The position numbers were made by a program, and so were the translations under genes. The notes beneath the pieces were generated by a model. The model saw only the letters and a program-made list of their open reading frames with translations, was not told where the DNA came from and ran no database searches. A stretch of 32,000 nt of DNA from Candidatus Saccharimonadota bacterium (lineage in GTDB: Bacteria; Pseudomonadota; Gammaproteobacteria; Enterobacterales; Enterobacteriaceae): contig CP145869.1 in NCBI GenBank assembly GCA_041941765.1, positions 270,001-302,000 of the forward strand. Reading direction: 5' to 3'. This document shows, one piece after another, positions 22,153 through 29,625 of this stretch. Position 1 is the first letter of the stretch. Each line of letters starts with the position of its first letter.

Positions 22153-23487
22153 TTATATTTTTATAAAATTACTAATCCATTTTGATATTCCCCATGGTTT
22201 CATAGTTTTCATTAATCTTTGCATATTTATAAAATGTTTTAATAATTTATTAATATCTTGTACTTGTACACCACAACCAGAAGCTATACGACGTTTTCGT
22301 GAACTTTTTATTATTTCAGGTTTTTTACGTTCTTCACGTGTCATTGAATTAATAATAGCTTCCATATGTACTAATGTTTTATTATTAATATTAGAAGAAA
22401 TAGATGAAAGATCTTTATGTAAGAATCTCATTATCATACTTGAGATTTCATTGCTGTCCATTTGTCGAATTTGTTTAATATGAAGTAAAAAATCATTTAA
22501 GTCAAATAGGTTTCCTTTGTTTAATTTTTGTACCAATTGTTGAGTTTGATGAGAATCGATTTTATCAATTACAGAAATCATCTCACTCATTCCTAAGATT
22601 CTGCAAGCCATACGTTCTGGATCAAAGGATTCTATTGCTTCAATCTTTTCTCCTAAACCAATAAATTTTATTGGTTTACCAGTAATTTGCCGAATTGATA
22701 ATGTAACTCCACCTCTCGCATCACCATCTAACTTAGTTAACATAATACCAGTAATGGATAGTATTTCATTAAATGCTCTGGCTGAATTTATTGCATCTTG
22801 ACCTGTCATAGCATCAACTACAAAAATAGTTTCTATAGGATTTGTAATGCTATGAATTTGTTTGATTTCATCCATCATTTTTGTATCAATATGTAGACGA
22901 CCAGCAGTATCTACTAATAAAACATCATACAACTTTTGCTGTGCTTGTTGGAGTGCATTAGTTACAATCTCAATTGGATGATTGATGATCTTATTATTAT
23001 TTGATAAATAACAATCTATACCTGCTTGTTTAGCAAGCATTTCCAACTGAATTAATGCTGCTGGACGATAAATATCTACAGATACTGTCATAATTTTTTT
23101 TTTATATTGATCTCGTAATAATTTACCAATTTTGATAACACTAGTTGTTTTACCAGTTCCCTGTAATCCTACGAGTAAAATTACTGCTGGTGGAGAAGTT
23201 GAAAGATTAATTTTATTATCTTTTTCTCCCATTGCTCTGATGAGTTCTTGTTTGACTATTTTTATAAATTCTTGCCCTGGTGTAAAACTGTTACTTACAG
23301 TATGTCCCATTGCAATAGATTTTACACGATTTACAAAATCTTTTACTATCGGAAGAGCAACATCTGCGTCTAATAATGCGTGATAAACTTCACGCAAAGT
23401 ATCATTGATATTAGTTTCAGTTATTCGTCCATAACCTTTGATTTTGTGTAAAATACTATATAGTCTATTAGTTAAATTTTCAAACAT
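22153..23487 (-). CDS. ffh: Signal recognition particle protein Ffh
   Basis: 444 aa with SRP GTPase motifs (GLQGTGKTT, DTAGR, TKLDGD) and a Met-rich C-terminal M domain. Confidence 0.96.
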   Translation of the reverse strand: MFENLTNRLYSILHKIKGYGRITETNINDTLREVYHALLDADVALPIVKDFVNRVKSIAMGHTVSNSFTPGQEFIKIVKQELIRAMGEKDNKINLSTSPPAVILLVGLQGTGKTTSVIKIGKLLRDQYKKKIMTVSVDIYRPAALIQLEMLAKQAGIDCYLSNNNKIINHPIEIVTNALQQAQQKLYDVLLVDTAGRLHIDTKMMDEIKQIHSITNPIETIFVVDAMTGQDAINSARAFNEILSITGIMLTKLDGDARGGVTLSIRQITGKPIKFIGLGEKIEAIESFDPERMACRILGMSEMISVIDKIDSHQTQQLVQKLNKGNLFDLNDFLLHIKQIRQMDSNEISSMIMRFLHKDLSSISSNINNKTLVHMEAIINSMTREERKKPEIIKSSRKRRIASGCGVQVQDINKLLKHFINMQRLMKTMKPWGISKWISNFIKI

Positions 23488-23493
23488 AAAAAT

Positions 23494-25098
23494 CTATAGT
23501 TGTTTATAATAGTTATAATTTGATAAGAAAGTAATAAAATTTTTTTTATCAGTAGTTTCAAACTCTGATTGAAGTAAAAATGATGTGACAACCTCTTGGT
23601 TAAATTGTTCTTGAGTTAAAATTTGAAAATCTTCTTTAAGTAAAATATTATGATAATTCTCAGATAATTTCATTCCGGTTTTTATTAACCCTTGTTTTTT
23701 CATTAAATTCAAAATCTGTGAGGAATAAGTTAATTTTGGATCATCAAATAAATTTATTATATAGTCACATGTATCTTTATAATCATTAAAATTATTATTA
23801 AAATCTAATATATTTGCTAAAAATTTTAATTCTTGTACAATACTTTTACCTATTTTTACTAATGGTATTAAAGTTTTATTAATATAAATTTTCTGTTCGG
23901 GATTACGTCCATATAACGCTACTATCTCCCAATTTTTACGACTGTTAATTAATTCGGTTTGGTTCATTTCTATCTTATCGATTAATAAACACCATAATAA
24001 AAATAAATCTAAAAATCTAATTTGTTTTAAATCTATTCCAATTGGAGTAAATGGATTAATATCTAAAGAACGTACTTCAACATATTCAATTCCTTTACGC
24101 ATTAGTGCTTTAGATATCGATTCTCCTTCATAAATGACACATTTTGGACGTATTGGAGCATAAAATTCATTTTCTGTTTGTAATAAGTTAGTATTCATTT
24201 GAATAAATTGACCATTTTTTTTTAACCCGATATGTGTATATTTATCATAAGGAGTTTTAAGAGCTTTTTGTAAACTACTGACATAACCTTTTAAACTATT
24301 AAAATTAATTTCTAAATTTTTCTGTGACTCACTAAGATATCCAAGTGGACTAAGACGTAATGAGGTTGCAAAAGGTAAATAGAGCATCTCATTGTTATGA
24401 CATTTAAAATCTAATGAAGTTGTTTTACCTTGCAAAAACGATGGAGAAATTGCAGGAGATGCACCAAATAGATATGGTATTACCCATCCAAATCTATAAT
24501 AATTACGTATTAAATTTAAATAACTTGCTGAAATAAATTCTTTATTACTTTCTAGATTTTCTATTCCATAGCATGTTTGCCAAAAATTAAGAGGTAAAGA
24601 AAAATTATAATGTACTCCTGAAATAATTTGCATCATACTGCCATAACGATATTTTAAACCAGTACGATAGAGTGTTTTTAGTTTTCCAATATTAGATATT
24701 CCATATTTAGCTACATTGATATTGTCTTCACTATTCACGACAGTTGGCATACTCAATGACCACATCCGTTCATGTTCATTATCTAATTTATGGACTACAT
24801 GACGATGCAAATCTCTCAAAAAACTAATAAGATATGTTACATTATTACTTACAGGAGTAATAAATTCTAAAAGAGCTTCAGCATAATCAGTTGTAATCCA
24901 CTTATGTGTTAATGCTGATCCAAGAGATGATGGATGTGTAGTTGTTACTATATTTCCATTAAGTTGAACACGTAGTGTTTCTCTTTCTATTCCACGATTA
25001 ATATCTTCCAGAATCTCTGGATGTGATTCAAGCAATGGAATTATAGATTTTATATTGGGTATCAATTCACTAAATCTTTCAGATTTATTATTAATCAT
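23494..25098 (-). CDS. gshA: Glutamate-cysteine ligase
   Basis: 534 aa, collinear with E. coli GshA (GIERETLRV, GSALTHKWITTDYAEALLEFITP, ISGVHYNFSLP). The stop is TAG. Confidence 0.94.
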   Translation of the reverse strand: MINNKSERFSELIPNIKSIIPLLESHPEILEDINRGIERETLRVQLNGNIVTTTHPSSLGSALTHKWITTDYAEALLEFITPVSNNVTYLISFLRDLHRHVVHKLDNEHERMWSLSMPTVVNSEDNINVAKYGISNIGKLKTLYRTGLKYRYGSMMQIISGVHYNFSLPLNFWQTCYGIENLESNKEFISASYLNLIRNYYRFGWVIPYLFGASPAISPSFLQGKTTSLDFKCHNNEMLYLPFATSLRLSPLGYLSESQKNLEINFNSLKGYVSSLQKALKTPYDKYTHIGLKKNGQFIQMNTNLLQTENEFYAPIRPKCVIYEGESISKALMRKGIEYVEVRSLDINPFTPIGIDLKQIRFLDLFLLWCLLIDKIEMNQTELINSRKNWEIVALYGRNPEQKIYINKTLIPLVKIGKSIVQELKFLANILDFNNNFNDYKDTCDYIINLFDDPKLTYSSQILNLMKKQGLIKTGMKLSENYHNILLKEDFQILTQEQFNQEVVTSFLLQSEFETTDKKNFITFLSNYNYYKQL

Positions 25099-25122
25099 AC
25101 TCTAACTCTAAATCATAAATTA

Positions 25123-25196
25123 CGCACCCGGAAGGATTTGAACCTACGACCTCTCAGTTCGTAGCCGAGTGCTCTATCCAACTGAGCTACGGGTGC
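25123..25196 (-). tRNA. argV: tRNA-Arg (anticodon ACG)
   Basis: Cloverleaf folded by hand on the - strand. Acceptor GCACCCG/CGGGTGC, anticodon arm CTCGG-CTACGAA-CTGAG, T arm GTAGG-TTCAAAT-CCTTC with one T:T mismatch, discriminator G. No CCA is encoded. Confidence 0.88.
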
Positions 25197-25260
25197 TACT
25201 TACTTTACTCAACAACAAGTAATTTATTCTTAGAAGATGATTGAATATAGTAAACAACAA

Positions 25261-25348
25261 CAGTGAGGGTGGGATTCGAACCCACGATGCAGTTTGACCA
25301 CATGCTCCCTTAGCAGGGGAGCGCCTTCAACCACTCGGCCACCTCACT
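25261..25348 (-). tRNA. serV: tRNA-Ser (anticodon GCU), long variable arm
   Basis: The - strand reads AGTGAGGTGGCCGAGTGGTTGAAGGCGCTCCCCTGCTAAGGGAG...GTGGGTTCGAATCCCACCCTCACTG. It closely matches E. coli serV, with anticodon loop CTGCTAA. No CCA is encoded. Confidence 0.9.
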
Positions 25349-25371
25349 TTTTAAAATTAGCACAATCATCT

Positions 25372-25400
25372 ATTTTTACTATTATTTATTTATATGTCAA
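25372..25400 (-). promoter_or_regulatory. Candidate sigma70 promoter for tRNA-Ser/tRNA-Arg (and possibly gshA-ffh)
   Basis: The - strand has a perfect TTGACA (25400-25395). After 16-17 nt comes TAAAAAT (25378-25372), about 25 nt upstream of the tRNA-Ser 5' end. The -10 call is weak because of the AT-rich background. Confidence 0.35.
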
Positions 25401-25449
25401 ATAATTCAAACAATTTTTTAGATAATCTTAATACAAGAATCATTCATTG

Positions 25450-25629
25450 TTATGATATTCTATCATGATTTGCTTGAATTCGTTTATAGATTTCTTCACG
25501 ATGAACTGCAATATTTTTTGGAGCTTTTATACCAATACGTACTTGATTACCTTTTACTTTTAACACGGTTACAATTATTTCATTACCTATCATAAAAATT
25601 TCACCAACTCTACGAGTTAGAATCAACAT
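25450..25629 (-). CDS. csrA: Carbon storage regulator CsrA (RNA-binding translational regulator)
   Basis: Not in the ORF track. My hand translation gives [59 protein letters not shown] (59 aa), near-identical to E. coli CsrA over about 50 aa. AGGAG at 25640-25636 lies 6 nt upstream of the ATG. The position between alaS and serV matches E. coli. Confidence 0.93.
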   Translation of the reverse strand: MLILTRRVGEIFMIGNEIIVTVLKVKGNQVRIGIKAPKNIAVHREEIYKRIQANHDRIS

Positions 25630-25750
25630 TCTGTACTCCTATTATGGAATTAAATAACTATTTATGTTATCCGAATCAAGAAATTAGTATTAATTGAAAA
25701 TCAATCGACTATTTTGTTTATTTTTTTTGAAGATTTAAATTACCTCTTGA

Positions 25751-28417
25751 TTAAGTAAGTGATAATTTATTGGTTATAAAACTTTTAATTTCACTTAAGA
25801 GAGTTGGTAAAATGGCTACTGATGTTCCATATGCTTGAGCAATCTCTTTACTACCTCCACCCTTTCCATGAATTTTAGGAAGAACTAGATTGATTAAATC
25901 ATATGCCGTAAATGTCTTAATTAGATCTGGAGTTACTGAAGCTATTAATAATAGTTGATTGTTATTAGTTACTGTACCTAAAAAAATAACTACGGATTTT
26001 AGTTGTTTTTTTATACTTGTAACAATAGATCTAAGTGTTTTTTCTTCAAAATTACTTAACTGATTAATTACTATATTAGTGTTATTTATTTGAAACACTT
26101 TTTTTAGAATAAACGTACAATCTCTAATGCTTTTTTCATTTGTTAACTTTGCCAATTGTTTTTTCAGAAGATTAATTTCTTGCTTCAATGAATGTATTTT
26201 ATCCAGGATTTTATCTTCATTAGTTCGAAGAATCAAATTAATATTTTGTAAAATTTCTTTTTGAATTTGTATTTGTTCTAAAGCTATTTCTCCTGTACTA
26301 GCTTCTATACGTCTAATACCTGCTGAGATACTGGATTCGTTATTAATACGAAATAAACCAATTTGTCCTGTATGCTTCACATGAGTTCCATTACATAATT
26401 CAGTGGAAAAATTGCCTATTGTTAATACTCTAACTTTTTTATCATATTTATTCTCAAATAATGCTATGGCACCTTTTTCTTTTGCAACTTCATATTCCAT
26501 AATGTTAGATTTAACTGGTAGATTATGAAAGATTTGTTTGTTTACCATAGACTCAATAGCACGAAGTTCTTGTGGTTTTATTTTAGCAAAATGAACAAAA
26601 TCGAAACGTAAATATTTTTCATTTATTAATGATCCTTTTTGTATTACGTGATTTCCAAAAAATTTACGTAATGTAGAATGTAACAAATGTGTAGCAGAAT
26701 GGTTTCTACAAATGTTATTACGACGATTAATATCTATAGATGCAGTAACATTATCTCCTATATGAAAAGAACCCTTCGTCATTTTTCCTATATGATAAAC
26801 AGCATTACCAATTTTTTGTGTATTGTTAACGATAAACTCTCCAGTATTATCTGTAGTAATAAACTTACCGGTATCTCCAACTTGACCACCTGATTCACTA
26901 TAGAAAGGAGTACAATCCAAAATAATAATTCCCTCTTCTTTTTCCGATATCATGGTTTTTAGTTCATGTGATACAATTATAGCAATGATAGTGGTTTGTA
27001 GTAATTGATGATAATCATGTCCTTGGAATCTAGTAGTAAGATTATCAAGATTTATTACTTTATTATTATTAATAAAATTATTGTATTTTCGACTACGTTG
27101 CTGCTGTAATTCCATTAATAATTTAAACCCATCATTATCTATTTTAACTTGCTGCTCACGACAGATTTCAGTTATTAATTCTAAAGGAAATCCATAAGTA
27201 TCATATAAACGAAAAGCTGTTTCACCATCTAGTATATTTCCATGTAGTTTTGATAATGCTTCATTTAATAATGAATTACCTCGTTCTAAAGTTTGTGCAA
27301 ATTTTTCTTCTTCTAATTTTAATATCTTTTCAATAATTAATTGCTGATTTTTAATGGATTCTGCTACGGTTCCCATCACTTGTATAAGAGGCATTACTAA
27401 TTTATAAAAAAAAGGTTCTTTTATTCCCAAAAGATATCCATGACGTATAGCACGTCGAATAATATGACGTAATACATATCCTCGTCCTTCATTAGAAGGT
27501 AAAAGACCATCAGCAATAAGAAAAGCACAAGAACGTATATGATCAGCAATAACTCTTAGTGATTGATAATTCTCTTTTGAAGTTGTTGATGTGATTAAAA
27601 CAATATGTTTAATTAAGTCTCGAAAAATATCAATATCGTAATTACTGTCTACTTTTTGTAATACAGCTGCAAGACGTTCTAATCCCATTCCAGTATCTAT
27701 AGAGGGTGAAGGTAATGGAATCATAGAACCATCTTCTTGTCGATTATATTCCATGAATACAATATTCCAAATTTCAATATAGCGAGCACCCGTCACTGGT
27801 TCTAAACTTCCGGGAGGAGATCCCAAAATATGAGGTCCTCGATCATAAAAAATTTCTGTACTAGGTCCACAAGGTCCAGTATCGCCCATTTGCCAAAAAT
27901 TATCTTCAGAAAAGTTTCTATGATGTGGTATTGAGTTAGCTCCAATACTAATGAGATGTTCATGAGGTATTCCGATTTCATTTGCCCAAATATCATAGGA
28001 TTCATAATCTGTCTTATGCACAGTAATCCATAAATTATCTTTTGGTATATTAAACCAATGTGAACTAGTTAGTAATTCCCAAGCTAATTGAATAGCTTTT
28101 TTTTTAAAATAATCTCCAAAACTAAAATTACCTAACATTTCAAAAAAAGTATGATGACTAGAAGTATAACCTACATTTTCTAGATCGTTATGTTTTCCTC
28201 CTGCTCGCATACAACGTTGCGATGTTGTAGCACTCAAAAACAACAATTTTTCTTTTCCTAAAAAAACATTTTTAAATTGGTTCATCCCCGCATTAGTAAA
28301 AAGCAATGAAGTATCATTCTTGGGGATTAAAGAACTGCTACTTATTACTTTGTGACCTTGGTTTCTAAAAAAATCTAAAAAATTTTGACGAATTTCTGTA
28401 GTATTTTTATACTTCAT
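25751..28417 (-). CDS. alaS: Alanine-tRNA ligase
   Basis: 888 aa with the class II core (HHTFFEMLGNFSFGDYFK) and editing-domain metal motifs (HSATHLLH, CNGTHV). Confidence 0.97.
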   Translation of the reverse strand: MKYKNTTEIRQNFLDFFRNQGHKVISSSSLIPKNDTSLLFTNAGMNQFKNVFLGKEKLLFLSATTSQRCMRAGGKHNDLENVGYTSSHHTFFEMLGNFSFGDYFKKKAIQLAWELLTSSHWFNIPKDNLWITVHKTDYESYDIWANEIGIPHEHLISIGANSIPHHRNFSEDNFWQMGDTGPCGPSTEIFYDRGPHILGSPPGSLEPVTGARYIEIWNIVFMEYNRQEDGSMIPLPSPSIDTGMGLERLAAVLQKVDSNYDIDIFRDLIKHIVLITSTTSKENYQSLRVIADHIRSCAFLIADGLLPSNEGRGYVLRHIIRRAIRHGYLLGIKEPFFYKLVMPLIQVMGTVAESIKNQQLIIEKILKLEEEKFAQTLERGNSLLNEALSKLHGNILDGETAFRLYDTYGFPLELITEICREQQVKIDNDGFKLLMELQQQRSRKYNNFINNNKVINLDNLTTRFQGHDYHQLLQTTIIAIIVSHELKTMISEKEEGIIILDCTPFYSESGGQVGDTGKFITTDNTGEFIVNNTQKIGNAVYHIGKMTKGSFHIGDNVTASIDINRRNNICRNHSATHLLHSTLRKFFGNHVIQKGSLINEKYLRFDFVHFAKIKPQELRAIESMVNKQIFHNLPVKSNIMEYEVAKEKGAIALFENKYDKKVRVLTIGNFSTELCNGTHVKHTGQIGLFRINNESSISAGIRRIEASTGEIALEQIQIQKEILQNINLILRTNEDKILDKIHSLKQEINLLKKQLAKLTNEKSIRDCTFILKKVFQINNTNIVINQLSNFEEKTLRSIVTSIKKQLKSVVIFLGTVTNNNQLLLIASVTPDLIKTFTAYDLINLVLPKIHGKGGGSKEIAQAYGTSVAILPTLLSEIKSFITNKLSLT

Positions 28418-28478
28418 AAATCTTAACTGTCCTCAAAAAACCGCTAGTGTTGTAGTGAAGTGAATTAGTAATTTTATT

Positions 28479-29489
28479 TTACTTTTCTTCTACTTTCTCT
28501 GGTATTAATAAGATTTGTCGTAATTTTTGTTCAAGTTCATTAGCTATATCAAGATGTTCTTTTAAATAATGACTAGCATTCACTTTACCTTGTCCTATGG
28601 TTAGACCATTATAGCTATACCAAATACCTGCTTTTTCTATTAAATTATTTTTAACTCCTAAATCTAGAATTTCACCATAAAGATTAATGCCTTCACCGTA
28701 TATTATTTGAAAATCGGCTTGTTTAAATGGAACTGCTACTTTATTTTTAACAATCTTCACACGTGTTTCACTACCTATTACATTATCACCATTTTTAATC
28801 GAACCAATTCTACGAATATCAAGACGTATTGAAGCATAAAATTTTAATGCATTACCACCAGTGGTAGTTTCAGGATTACCAAACATTAATCCAATTTTCA
28901 TGCGAATTTGATTAATAAAAATTAATAGAGTATTAGATTGTTTTAAAGTTCCAGCTAGTTTACGCATAGCTTGACTCATCATACGAGCTGCAAGTCCTAT
29001 ATGTAATTCCCCAATATCCCCTTCAATTTCTGCTTTGGGTGTAAGTGCTGCTACCGAATCTACAATAATTACATCTACAGCTCCAGAACGAGCAAGAACA
29101 TCACAAATATCTAAAGCTTGTTCACCAGTATCGGGTTGTGAACATAACAAATTATCTATATCCACACCTAATACTTTTGCATATCCTGGATCTAAAGCAT
29201 GTTCTGCATCTATAAAAGCACAAGTTTTATTTTGTCTCTGTGCAGCTGCAATTACTTGAAGTGTTAAAGTAGTCTTACCAGAAGATTCAGGACCATAGAT
29301 TTCGACGATTCTACCTAATGGTAAACCACCTACCCCTAAAGCCAGATCTAAAGTTAAGGAACCTGTAGATATAGTTTCTACATCCATTGCTCTATTTTCT
29401 CCTAAACGCATAATAGAGCCTTTGCCAAATTGCTTTTCAATTTGTCCCAGTGCAGCTAAAAGAGCCTTTTGTTTATTTTCTTGATTCAC
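28479..29489 (-). CDS. recA: Recombinase RecA
   Basis: 336 aa, very highly conserved against E. coli RecA, with Walker [10 protein letters not shown]. The start is GTG at 29489; there is no in-frame ATG before residue 27. AGGGA lies about 11 nt upstream. Confidence 0.96.
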   Translation of the reverse strand: MNQENKQKALLAALGQIEKQFGKGSIMRLGENRAMDVETISTGSLTLDLALGVGGLPLGRIVEIYGPESSGKTTLTLQVIAAAQRQNKTCAFIDAEHALDPGYAKVLGVDIDNLLCSQPDTGEQALDICDVLARSGAVDVIIVDSVAALTPKAEIEGDIGELHIGLAARMMSQAMRKLAGTLKQSNTLLIFINQIRMKIGLMFGNPETTTGGNALKFYASIRLDIRRIGSIKNGDNVIGSETRVKIVKNKVAVPFKQADFQIIYGEGINLYGEILDLGVKNNLIEKAGIWYSYNGLTIGQGKVNASHYLKEHLDIANELEQKLRQILLIPEKVEEK

Positions 29490-29625
29490 TGAAAGCTTAT
29501 CCCTAAATACTTAGTAAAATTAATAAGATTTATATCTAGTTAAATTAAAATTAGTTATTTTATATAAATTAAGGTTTATACAAACAATATTCTAAATTTA
29601 ATATTATATCATAGGAATGTTAATC

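Noticed and set aside
23132-23383. 83-aa ORF antisense to ffh
   Set aside because: It is nested in the conserved G domain of ffh and shows no independent support.
26687-26893. 68-aa ORF antisense to alaS
   Set aside because: It is nested within alaS and shows no independent support.
27802-28005. 67-aa ORF on the alaS strand in a different frame
   Set aside because: It lies inside the conserved catalytic-domain coding region of alaS and is a frame artefact.
29035-29259. 74-aa ORF antisense to recA
   Set aside because: It is nested in the most conserved part of recA. Antisense ORFs are common opposite relatively GC-richer conserved genes.
29490-29625. Search for a LexA/SOS box and clear divergent promoters between recA and mutS
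   Set aside because: No CTGT-N8-ACAG-like element is present. Several weak -10/-35-like hexamers exist, but none stands out from the AT-rich background, so I annotated no promoter.
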